DNA of 64,000 nt, taken from positions 82,336,001-82,400,000 of the forward strand of contig CM097886.1 in assembly GCA_044892525.1 (NCBI GenBank), read 5' to 3'. This DNA is from Schmidtea polychroa (taxonomy: Eukaryota). How positions within the stretch are numbered: the first letter of the stretch is position 1; every line of letters starts with the position of its first letter. Positions 1 through 10,592 of this stretch are shown in pieces. Under the pieces are notes generated by a model. The model was not told the origin of the DNA and did no database searches. It was given only the letters and a program-made list of their open reading frames with translations. Position numbers and translations under genes: made by a program.

Positions 1-35
1 TAATAATAATAATAATAATAGTAATAATAATGATG

Positions 36-71
<36 letters not shown>

Positions 72-90
72 CTTAGAAAATAATAATAAT
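1..90. repeat. (AAT)n microsatellite
   Basis: Near-pure taa/aat triplet run at the window start. Confidence 0.9.
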
Positions 91-95
91 TTTTT

Positions 96-707
96 TTAAA
101 TAATAATATGACCTTGAAAAAAAATATGATCTTGAAAAAAAATGACCTTGAAAAATAATAAATGACCTTGAAAATAATAATATTTTGAATAATAATAATA
201 GTCAAATGACCTTGAAAATGGTCTCGGGAAAACGTTAATAACTTTGTCAATAAAAATGATGATGATACTTTCAATATCGCATTCGAAAGGTCTTGCACTA
301 AGCTTCATATGAAGCTATCGGTAAATAAATTCGAATAATGGGAACGATAACTTTTGGGCAAACAAAAACCAGGTGCCCGCTAGATCACTTAATAATATTT
401 TGAATAATAATAATAAAATAATAATATTTTTTAAAAATAATAATATGGCCTTGATGAGTCATTACGATGAGTCATATGACCTTGGGAATGACCTTGGATT
501 AGTCACGCGACCTTGAAATGACCTCGATGAGTCATCGGGTGAGTCATGGTCTTTGTTGCAATGACCTTGATGAGTCATATGTCTTTGTTTAAAATTTGAC
601 CTTGAAAAAAAAATTTTTTTTTAAATTTCCGGCCGGGGGGGGGTATGTGATCTAGCGGGCACCTGATCTAGCGGGCACCTGATCTAGCGGGCACCCATCC
701 ATCTACT
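96..707 (-). repeat. Structured terminal-repeat region of a large DNA element (Polinton/Maverick-like terminus, tentative)
   Basis: Many TGACCTTG and GATGAGTCA motifs; 3x16-bp tandem GATCTAGCGGGCACCT (649-696) with an inverted copy at 372-386; poly-G; ends ...CATCTACT (AGTAG on minus) at 707; homologous in inverted orientation to 16690-17060. Family assignment is inference. Confidence 0.5.
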
Positions 708-953
708 TATAATCTATGTCAAAATTTATATAACTATTATATAATAGCTATCATATAATTAAATAATCTTAATAAGGTCGTTGCTGATTGAATGTTGATT
801 TTAAGGAATTGTTAATTAACAACCAATGCCTCACATAAAATTTAAATTTTATTTTAAAATTATTGACAGAAAACTTACAATTTTTTAAACCTTTCATGTA
901 TGGAATAACTAAAACAAGAGATTTTTTAGGTTCGCCATCAATAAATGAATTAT

Positions 954-1041
954 TGAAATAATATTATTAAAATTGTTTAAATAAACAGATGTTTTTAAAG
1001 AATTGATTTTTAAATTATAACATATTATTCAATTCACTTCA
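954..1041 (+). repeat. 5' LTR (88 bp)
   Basis: Direct repeat of 3822-3915 with several substitutions and indels. Confidence 0.9.
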
Positions 1042-1915
1042 ATGGCGTCACGAGCAGGATTACCACCTTTGGATCTCACAAATGCAGACCAATGCGAAAC
1101 GTATCTACTTACATTCAATGCGATAATTAGGATAAACCAATGGACGGATTCCGAAACAAAATTATCAATTACAGACAACTTCATGGCTTTATGTTGGTTC
1201 GAGGCACTTAACAAAATCCGACCCATTCTATCATCAAGAATAATTCAAACGAGCAGATATGAAGAAATCGAATCAACAATAAGGAAATACTTACATCCAA
1301 AATCAAGGTTGGTTGTAGCAGAAAGAAGCAGATATTTCAAGATAAAACAAGAAAAATCCGAAAATATTTCAGATTTCATTGTACGACTTCAGAAAGACCC
1401 ACAATTCTGTGAGTTCGAGAAACTAAAGGAAATAAAAGATCCAGTAGAAGATATGATAAAAATGTCAGTTACAGCCGGTCTTTACGACGACAAAGCGAAA
1501 TTATACCTCATTGAAAAAATAGGACACGGCGAAGTACCGTTGGAACATATTCAAGAGATCATACAAGACATGGAACAGGTCGCGATATTCACTGCAAGCA
1601 AATGAAGATGAACAAAATATGAATGCATTTTATTCACGAAAAGAATTTATTTCAAGAGTGAAATGTAAGTATTGTCGTTCTGAACATAGACATGGCAAAT
1701 GCCATACATTTGGGAAAAATTGCACCAAATGTGGGAAACTAAATCATTTTGCTGGAGTATGTAGATCATCAAGTAGATCAAATAAACCGAGTATTCACAT
1801 TATGGATCAAGAAAGCATAAACTCAGATATTGGAACAATCATTGCAATTAATTCGTGTAGAAAGGAGCTAGTAAATTGCCAAATAAACTCGCACGAGGTG
1901 CTTATGCAGGTTTAA
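1042..1915 (+). pseudogene. gag: gag (split), with Mag-type double Cys/His knuckle
   Basis: ORFs 1042-1605 and 1619-1915; CKYCRSEHRHGKC..GKNCTKCGKLNHFAGVC. Confidence 0.85.
1043..1060 (+). promoter_or_regulatory. Primer-binding site (tRNA-Ser(CGA)-like)
   Basis: TGGCGTCACGAGCAGGAT lies 1 nt after the LTR; it resembles the complement of the metazoan tRNA-Ser(CGA) 3' end (recalled sequence, not searched). Confidence 0.75.
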
Positions 1916-3829
1916 ATGGGTGCAGATGTGTCCATAATATCGTCCAGGGTGTGGGAGAATATAGATAAACCTCAGTTAACCCATTCGCAAGTTAGATTGT
2001 CAGCATACGATGGTCATACGATGATGTGCCGAGGTCAGTTTCTTGCTGATGTAGAAACTAAAAGCAAGCATAACATTAACTGTTATTGAATCAGATAAAA
2101 CATATGGTCTTTTAGGCAGAGACCTTTTAAAAGTAGAAACCAGCAATCAATGTCACGATAAAGAGTACATTTCTTCCCACAATCAAAGGAATTCAAGCCG
2201 CAATGATGGCAATAAAAGAGGCCAGGAATGTATTCTGTGAAGCAAGAACCGTACCGTTGGCAATGGAAACAAGAATCAATGAGGAATTATCACGTCTTGA
2301 GGAAATGGGAGTCATCTCACAATGCAAAGATCCAGTAATGAATCTTGTTCTCCCGTAGTATGGATAAAGAAAGATAATGTAGATTTAAGAATGTGTGTGG
2401 ATTTCAAAGTTCATATAAACCAGAAAATCAAGACGGAATCATATCCTCTACCCAAGATAGAAACTATATTCGTACGCATGAAAAATGTAAAACGTTTTGC
2501 CAAAGTAGACCTGAAATCGGCCTATTGGCAAATCGAGCTTGATAAAGAGCCACGACAACTATCAAATATTAATATATCAAAAGGCTTATACTATGCAAAT
2601 CGCCTGCATATGGGCATGAAAAAAGAACCATGGAGGAAATTTTATCAGATATAAAAGGTATTATATACCAAGATGACGTTCTGGTTTTTGGAGAGAATGA
2701 TGTTTCGTTAAAAAAACGGTTAAACACAGTCAAGCAACGCCGAAAAGAAAAGAAAATCAACGTAAACAAAGAAAAGTCAATTGAATACGTCGATGAAATT
2801 ACGTTTTTAGGGTTCAATATATCTAGTCGAGGTATTCAGCCGGATAATAAATTAGTAAGAAAATTACAAGACATCATTGTTCCTACGAATAGGAAAGAAG
2901 TAGAAAGCTTTATCGGACTAACAAATTATGGTGGCCAGGTATGACAAACGACATTGAGAAATTTGTAAAAAATTGTTCAATGTGCTCGAAAATCCAACCA
3001 AATCCAATCAAATAAGTTCATCGAACGAGTATATCTTGACTGGGCATACGTCAAGGAGGTTGGTAACATTCTAATTATAGTTGACTCGGATTTGGGTTGG
3101 ATCGAAGCCTTTAGAACGAAAGAGGGGATCACATCCGGGATTAACAAATGTCTGAGTGTTTACGTGTTTACAGTGTTTACGCGTTTCGGTATCCTTGAAT
3201 GTGTCGTAACGGATAACGCACCAGAGTTCACATCAAAAGAATTGATGTCTTGGTTCGAGAACCAAGGAGCCCGTAAAATGGAATCTCCGCCATACTTCCC
3301 AATGGCAAATGACAGAGCTGAACGAGCAATTCAAACCATCAACAGTGATATAAAATGTTGGAAGGTAAGTCAATGCCATACTGAATTTGACGAGTTTCTT
3401 CAAAAGATTTCTGCTGATTTTGAAGATAAGTCCCCATCAGAAATGATTTTTGGGAGACTAATACGCAGACCGATAATACTTCCATTTCAACAAGGCGAAG
3501 TTGTGGACTACAAATCTGGCTTAACTAATATCACCTCTTGTCAGACTTTTCTCATGCCAAAGGCCAGGAATACATCATGGGTCATCTCAGAAAATGACTA
3601 CAACCCGATCATGAAATTAGCAAGTAACAACCAACTATTTCCAAAGGGGCTAAATGAAACAATGGAGAATGAAATTCCGTTATCGCTAGATGAAACGCCA
3701 GACATGAACGACGATCAAACAGAAGAAGTTATACCCATTGCCTCTCGAAACGAGCTTCGAAAGATCAATAGAATTCGAAGACCTCCGCAAAGACTGGGAG
3801 AATGGGCTCTAGAGGAAGACATGAAATAA
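1916..3829 (+). pseudogene. pol: pol remnants (protease, RT, integrase)
   Basis: Degenerate protease V*MGADVSII; RT motifs SPVVWIKK, LRMCVDFK, YPLPKIE, DLKSAYWQ, YQDD; integrase VTDNAPEF, NDRAERAIQT; multiple stops and frameshifts. Confidence 0.9.
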
Positions 3830-3915
3830 TATTAAGAAATTAATATTATTAAAATTGTTTAAATAAACAGATGTTTTTAAAGAATAGATTTTTGAATTAA
3901 AACGTATTCACTTCA
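3822..3915 (+). repeat. 3' LTR (94 bp)
   Basis: Follows the PPT; ends CTTCA and then TSD ATTAT. Confidence 0.9.
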
Positions 3916-4489
3916 ATTATAATTTCAATTGGTATCATTGGGCACTATCAAAAGAAAAACAATGGTTTCATTAGGCAATCTTTCTAGAAAACCGTTTGAA
4001 TATCCATTTTTATTCCAAAGAGAAAAATTTTCGTGATTAACATGAAAATACTAGTTGATCTATTTAAAAATATTAAGTAAAAAATTTTTAGCTTAACAGT
4101 TTTTTCCTCAGCAAGCGGGGGGGGGGTGGTAGTTGTGCCAGCGGGGACCAATCCATGTACTCTAATTTATTGCCGCATATTCAAGAATAAAATAATGCAA
4201 CCTTTAAATCTGAAAACTCAGGAAAATTTAACAAAAGTAACGTGATCGCAATCTTAAAGAAAATCGTTGATGTGATTAAAATTTTGTATTAAATGATGAA
4301 TCAAAAGATGGTGATGTCAACAGAAATTAGATTAAAATGGCAAATTTTTTTGCAGTTGGAGAAACTATAATAAAAATACTAATCTCGTTAAAGGAAAATT
4401 TAATCAAAAAACAATCTCAGGCAAAAATAAGTGAATCCACTCAAAATTTCCCAGAAAAACAATATTTTTATAATTGTGAAGTAATAGTA

Positions 4490-4862
4490 CAGAGCTTTCC
4501 AAACGGTGTGTCGTGTCACTTTAGTGTGTCGGCAGCGCTGCATAGGTGTGTCGCGTGAACATAATGAAAAGCCACAGTCCCTTAATTTTATAAACTTTTT
4601 AACGATTGTTAGACTGAAATACAATACACATATATAGTCCGTCGTGTTTTAGCTGCAAGAACGCTTGTTTATCCTATTTATTAGTTAATCATTGGAATTC
4701 GATATTTATATTTAAATATGTTTCATTGTCTCTTGTATAACGGTTTACCATATGGCGTAAGTTGTATGACGTCTGGTTTTCTGGTAAAACTGATTTGCTG
4801 TGTCGCGAAATTATGGTAGTCTAAAAAGTGTGTTACAAGCATGAAAAGGTTGGAAAGCACTG
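4490..4862. mobile_element. hAT-type MITE
   Basis: TIRs CAGAGCTTTCCAAAC / GGTTGGAAAGCACTG; perfect 8-bp TSD TAATAGTA. Confidence 0.9.
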
Positions 4863-5301
4863 TAATAGTATATATTACAACTAACTGAACATCGGGGTAA
4901 TAATATGATTATTTATCCAATCAGCGTTGAATCAAAAGCCTCTTTCAGAAGTCCGTTCTATTTCCTCCAAATTTGACTCAACATTAACTGACAAAGGTTT
5001 TGGATACAACCAGCTTATTTTATAGGCAAGTAAAATTTGTGTTCTAATAATTATATATTTTATCGGGAATTTACAGATCAAATGAATTTTAAGAAAAAAA
5101 ACTACTTAAATTCACAAATTGACGGTATATTGAGATTCGTATTTAAAGTTAAATTATTTGGTCATTTTTCTACTATAATTAAATTAATTAAATTTATAAG
5201 GGATGAAATTATATTTTAATTAAATAAATTTGTTCCGTCACAATTTATAAATTGTAATTTTTAAAGTCGCAATTTTATTATTTGTCCAATGAAAATAAAT
5301 A

Positions 5302-7596
5302 CACCTATCCCCCGATTTACACGGTAGATACGTTCCTGAGAAAAACGTGTAAATCGAAAATTAAAAATTTTCAAGTCAAAACCGTGTAAATCGAAAAGCT
5401 TGCAGAAAATGCATAATTTGGCTATTTAACAGTTGTGATTTTTTTCAATATTTTTAGGTGTACACAGAAATAAAAAAAATGCATTGACAGGTTAAAATAT
5501 GTAATATATTACGGAAACACTGTTTTTTTATTTAATTACAATACATTAAACAGAAGAACAAAAAATAAAACCAATGGTGTTTTATTATCCTTCATCACTA
5601 TCAGAAATTACTCTCATTCTTTTTTTCGGAATCGAAGGTTGGAATTCATTTTCATCACTCGAAGTTATTTGTGCTGATTCGATGCTTGAAGCAGAAATAT
5701 TTACATTCTGAGAGGTGGTAATAAAATCGGTTATTAACAATTGCTTCGAATTTTTTGTAAGATCTTTGTAAACTTCTTCATATTGAGCCAAGCTGCGATT
5801 TATGTCACGTTGGAATCGTAAAGCCCTTTCTACGTTTGTGTCATTTTGTATAAAATGATTACCCAGATTTCTTCCCAATGCGAGTCCTTCGCGGATGACT
5901 TTAGCAGTGAATGTTACTGGTACTAATTCCTCTTCATCAGATTTTTCAGACTCACTTTCGCAAACTAAGTTAACTAAATCATCCTCACTTAGTTCTTTAT
6001 CAGCCATTAACTCTGCGATATCATCATCAGTAAAATCATCAAAACCTTCTCCGCCCAATGAATGCGCCATCTGTACTATCTGCGAATATTCATCATTAAA
6101 CGTTGAAATGGAATGTTCATTTTTGACTACATTTGGCCACAATTTTTTCCAACAGCTATTGAGCGTTGTTTGCTTAATCGCAATGTATGATAAGGCGATA
6201 TGCTTCACACAGTCTAATATTGTAAAATTTTTCCAAGCACTAATAACTGTTAAAGATTCATTTTTCTCCATTTGTTCCAAAGTATATGTAAAGGCTCGTT
6301 TTATGTACAAAGCTTTAAAAGTAGAAATTATGCCTTGGTCCAATGGTTGTAATAATGAAGTTGAATTTTTTGGTAAAAATTTTACTTCAACGTTCTCATA
6401 TTCTAGATCTTGTGGGTGACCCGGCGCATTGTCAATTAACAAAAGCACTTTAAAAGGCAATTCCTTTGAACCTAAATATTTTTTGGCATCTGGGATAAAA
6501 CATTCATGAAACCATTCAGTAAACATTGCAGCAGTAACCCACGCTTTCTTATTAGCCCTCCAATAAACGGGAAGATTTTTGATGTTTACTCCTTTAAAGG
6601 CACGGGGCATTTTTGATTTGTTAATCACTAATGGTTTCATAATATAATCTCCTGAAGCATTGCTACAGAAAAGAATTGTTATGCGATCTTTTGCTGCTTT
6701 ATGACCACTAGCCGATTTAAAGAATTTTGAGACATAAGTCCTTTCAGGCATTTTTTTCCAGAATAACCCTGACTCGTCAGCATTGAAAACCGGATCAGGG
6801 GTGTATGAATTGTCGTTAATAATTTCTCCAAAATTTGCTGGATATTCTTGGGCTGCATCTACGTCGCCAGAAGCCAGTTCACCTTTTAATTTTAAGCTGT
6901 GTAAAGAATGTCTTATTTTAAATCTTTCAAACCAGCCATGACTTGCCAAAAAATTTGGCTTCTTTTCAGTTGAAGAGGAAGATGATAATTGCTCTACAAT
7001 TTTTTCGTAAATTCGTACTGCTTTATTTGTTATAGCGGCCGTATCAATGGGTACTCTTTTTTGTGTTTGATCTTCTATCCAAAGCATTAACGCTTTCTCC
7101 ATCTTTTCCATTGCGATATTTCTTGTGTATGATGTTGTGCCCATACTCGTGGTATTGACAGCTGCAACACTCTTTCTAATTGTGTTTTCATTTGTTCGAA
7201 TAGTTCTTATTGTAGCTTCGTTCATGCTATATGATTTTGCAACATCTACTACTCTATCTCCCTTTCGTAAGCGATCCAAAATTTCGATTTTAGTTTTTTT
7301 CTTTTAACTTCTTTCGACATTATAAGCCTATAATTTTTTTTAATTTATGTTAATTTATAATATGTAATCTAAATTATGCACTCACTTTAAACTTTAAAAC
7401 TTTAATTTTATGCGAAGAAATACAGACACAGTGTGCATGTGCAGCAAGTCAGCACATAAGCTCGGGATTCCCTGTGAGATGTGTACACAGCGCACGTGTT
7501 CAGACACAGTAGCATTTAGTAGAGTGCGATAAAAACAAAAAAAAATTATTTGGAAAACCGTGTAAAACAAGTACCGTGTAAATCGGGGGATAGGTG
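5302..7596 (-). mobile_element. pogo/Tigger DNA transposon, full length
   Basis: TIR CACCTATCCCCCGATTTACACGG at both ends, TA TSD, single transposase ORF. Confidence 0.95.
5585..7279 (-). CDS. Tigger (TIGD1-like) transposase: HTH, CENP-B HTH and DDE_1 domains
   Basis: Motifs FLASHGWFERFK, VFNADESGLFWK, LLLIDNAPGH, LLQPLDQGII; the likely true ATG at 7320 is out of frame by 1 nt. Confidence 0.93.
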   Translation of the reverse strand: MDRLRKGDRVVDVAKSYSMNEATIRTIRTNENTIRKSVAAVNTTSMGTTSYTRNIAMEKMEKALMLWIEDQTQKRVPIDTAAITNKAVRIYEKIVEQLSSSSSTEKKPNFLASHGWFERFKIRHSLHSLKLKGELASGDVDAAQEYPANFGEIINDNSYTPDPVFNADESGLFWKKMPERTYVSKFFKSASGHKAAKDRITILFCSNASGDYIMKPLVINKSKMPRAFKGVNIKNLPVYWRANKKAWVTAAMFTEWFHECFIPDAKKYLGSKELPFKVLLLIDNAPGHPQDLEYENVEVKFLPKNSTSLLQPLDQGIISTFKALYIKRAFTYTLEQMEKNESLTVISAWKNFTILDCVKHIALSYIAIKQTTLNSCWKKLWPNVVKNEHSISTFNDEYSQIVQMAHSLGGEGFDDFTDDDIAELMADKELSEDDLVNLVCESESEKSDEEELVPVTFTAKVIREGLALGRNLGNHFIQNDTNVERALRFQRDINRSLAQYEEVYKDLTKNSKQLLITDFITTSQNVNISASSIESAQITSSDENEFQPSIPKKRMRVISDSDEG

Positions 7597-7609
7597 TAAT
7601 TAACTAAAA

Positions 7610-8231
7610 TTAGTACCAGTAACATTCACTGCTAAAGTCATCCGCGAAGGACTCGCATTGGGAAGAAATCTGGGTAATCATTTTATACAAAATGACACAA
7701 ACGTAGAAAGGGCTTTACGATTCCAACGTGACATAAATCGCAGCTTGGCTCAATATGAAGAAGTTTACAAAGATCTTACAAAAAATTCGAAGCAATTGTT
7801 AATAACCGATTTTATTACCACCTCTCAGAATGTAAACATTTCTGCTTCAAGCATCGAATCGGCACAAATAACTTCGAGTGATGAAAATGAATTCCAACCT
7901 TCGATTCCGAAAAAAAGAATGAGAGTAATTTCTGATAGTGATGAAGGATAAAACACCTTTGGTTTTATTTTTTGTTCTTCTGTTTAATGTATTGTAATTA
8001 AATAAAAAAACAGTGTTTCCGTAATATATTACATATTTTAACCTGTCAATGCATTTTATTTTTATTTCTGTGTACACCTAAAAATATTGAAAAAAATCAC
8101 AACTGTTAAATAGCAAAATTATGCATTTTCTGCAAGCTTTTCGATTTACACGGTTTTGACTTGAAAATTTTTAATTTTCGATTTACACGTTTTTCTCAGG
8201 AACGTATCTACCGTGTAAATCGGGGGATAGG

Positions 8232-8233
<2 letters not shown>
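7610..8233 (+). mobile_element. Inverted 5'-truncated copy of the same Tigger (C-terminus plus TIR)
   Basis: Reverse complement of about 5302-5925 with few differences; ORF 7658-7951 is identical to the transposase C-terminus; ends in TIR plus TA. Confidence 0.95.

Positions 8234-8288
<55 letters not shown>
8234..8288. repeat. (TA)n microsatellite
   Basis: Direct reading of the sequence. Confidence 0.95.
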
Positions 8289-8291
<3 letters not shown>

Positions 8292-8450
8292 TAAAAAGGT
8301 GTGATTAACAGAAACCCAGATAGACTAAAGATCGATAATCAATGTGCGAACTGGCTGAAAAAATAGACCCATGCTGTGGTACACCGGGATAACCGCCAAC
8401 TATTTAAGATACGATAAGCGAATGATAATTGAATTATTTCTAGTCAACGA

Positions 8451-8897
8451 ATGTCGAACAGCAATCGTCAATATGCCAACTTCGAGGCCTGCCCATCTTC
8501 TGTGGGTCGTTACCGAGCAGCTCAACTCGAGTGGAAGAAGCTCAAACCCCAGCGGAGCACACCCCAAAGCGCTCAAGCACGGTTCATCATCAATTATGTC
8601 GTCCAGATCAGTTTGGGTAGACGGATGCCCCATGATCCTGCTCAAACGGGAACCGGTTTAAACCCAGCACAAATAGCCCGAATGCAAGCCGTAACTGATA
8701 TCAATCATGCGATTACGCCAGGTGAGATTGGACATCAAAGCCGGTATTATCGGAAATACGGATGGTGAACATCTGTTCCAACTAAATCCGGAGTGGAAGA
8801 ATTTATAGCATTCCAACATCGATACATCGAAACGCCCACTTCGGTCGGTCAGAGTCATTAGGAGGCTCCAAAGAAGAGCGGACGACCCCGCAAATAA
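8451..8897 (+). pseudogene. Decayed copy of the unknown AT-hook protein (paralogue of 21788-22153)
   Basis: Across frameshifts: MSNSN..FEAC..GRYR, LKREPV, MRLRQVRLDIKAGIIGNT and C-terminal APKKSGRPRK*, matching VKVEPT, KRLRRLELQLKAEIMGVT and APPRKRGRPRK in the second copy. Confidence 0.7.
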
Positions 8898-9667
8898 TGT
8901 CTTCTATCGACAGTCAGTGGACCCGCTCAAGTATCTGACAATTATAGTTTACAAAGATATGCTCACTTCTTGCTGGTACTCATCCACTTCCAATGTTGAT
9001 CACTCAACGGGTATCAAGCGGTATAGCATCATTGTATCCCGGGTTACACTGGAAACAACACGAAAGGATAAAATGTGGTCTACCTTTAACAAACCAGCAC
9101 TCTCCAATCTGTGCCAGTTGTTCGATGTTGATTTCAGCCTAGTCAAACTCAATGCAGGTTCCGTAAACAAGTATCTCTATGTTTCTAGTCGTTGATCTAT
9201 GAGTGGTGAGTCCATGGACCAAAGAAGGCTATTCAGCTTCCTTTGTAATTCGATAAAAGGGACTAAGCAGATCCTAGGAAAAGAAATATTCTGAATTTTT
9301 CAAAAAGGGTTACGGTAAAATCACTATATCAGGAATTCTTTGTCGATAATAATTTAGTATGCCAATTCTTAACTTGTAGTCTGACGAATACAGAAATTTA
9401 CTTCAATAAACCAAATTACATAGTTTATGTATTATAAAAAATAATATGGAAAGATTTCAATTACAATGCAATTCAATAATTTGGAATAGATCCCATGCAA
9501 CTAATCCTTCCCAAATAAAAACTAAAAAATACCTTATTATATATAAATTAACAGTAAAGATAGATTTCTATAAAATTCAAACATTATTACAAAGCTAAGA
9601 ACTTTAAATACCTTTATTTATTTAGCGTTATACTTTGTTTGATATACAATAAAAAAAAATCAAATAT

Positions 9668-10048
9668 TTATTTAACATTATTACTACGTGGTGTTCCAAT
9701 ACCAAACTTAGATTTCAGATTGTTCAGTTCTTCATTTTTAGCCGTATAATCAACTTTCTTGAATACCTTGTTTGGTTGGTAATAAGATATGCAAATATAC
9801 CTGTTACAGACATTGAAACCAGTCAAATGCTCACATGCATTTTGAGCATCATATATATCTTCATATACAACAAATGCTTTTCCTTTATTTTCTTGTGTGT
9901 TCCCAACTCTTATCTGGCGAATAGTTCCATATTTTCCAAATATGTCGTACATTTCATCATCTCTGAGTTCATATGGAAGATTACTGACCATTAAAATTCT
10001 ACTAACATTTGGTGGTAATTTAGTAATTCTTTTGTTACTAAAAGCCAT
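9668..10048 (-). CDS. SF3B6: Splicing factor 3B subunit 6 (SF3B14/p14), intronless
   Basis: RRM with [62 protein letters not shown]. Confidence 0.96.
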   Translation of the reverse strand: MAFSNKRITKLPPNVSRILMVSNLPYELRDDEMYDIFGKYGTIRQIRVGNTQENKGKAFVVYEDIYDAQNACEHLTGFNVCNRYICISYYQPNKVFKKVDYTAKNEELNNLKSKFGIGTPRSNNVK

Positions 10049-10280
10049 ATTTGAACAAAAAATGATTATTTAAACAACTTATATAAATTTAAAATAAATT
10101 ATTATAAATAATTACAAATTCCACTATCATATATTTTAATAAACTAATCATAATTTTTTACGTATAAAGATTTAATTCCAATCCAATAACCTACATATTT
10201 TATTTCAACTTTCATCATTTTTAATTTTAATTAATGTCACTGATTTCACTCACAATTTTTGATGGGAGAGTAAATATTAA

Positions 10281-10421
10281 AGTTAAATCCATCTTTAAAT
10301 TTGCAGCAAAAATCTTGAAACTAACAATATATATTTAATCAAAGAATTTATAAATAACAAGTTTTAATTAATTCACAAAATCCGCAAATTCCTAATTATT
10401 CCAACAACAAGATATCTAACT
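10281..10421 (-). repeat. 3' LTR (141 bp)
   Basis: Direct repeat of 14804-14956. Confidence 0.95.
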
Positions 10422-10592
10422 CTCCCCTTCTTAAGACTTTTTCCACTTCTTCAGCCACTCGATTCTTCTTTTTTTCGTTCCTTCTTGTGAATGTAGTTCG
10501 ACTCGATGAGGTGATAGAAATCTGGCGATTTTATATGGGCCATCGTATTGCATACCATCCTTGTGCCTGTTCTGTGGCTCTTTACGTAAGGA

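Larger units (their letters stand above)
954..3915 (+). mobile_element. Ty3/gypsy (Mag-like) LTR retrotransposon, defective, internally deleted
   Basis: LTRs TG...CA at 954-1041 and 3822-3915, 5-bp TSD ATTAT on both sides, PBS at 1043, PPT AGAGGAAGAC at 3811-3820; gag-PR-RT-IN order with RNase H and the integrase Zn-finger region largely missing. Confidence 0.93.

Noticed and set aside
5895-6419. Antisense ORFs over TE coding regions (also 11689-11961, 13779-14087, 14475-14786 and 20818-21219)
   Set aside because: They are shadow frames of the opposite-strand genes with no independent motifs.
9060-9290. DIRS-type methyltransferase-like domain (LCQLFDVDF..KLN)
   Set aside because: The key DLFAS and YAFPP motifs are absent, and there is no RT or tyrosine recombinase nearby.
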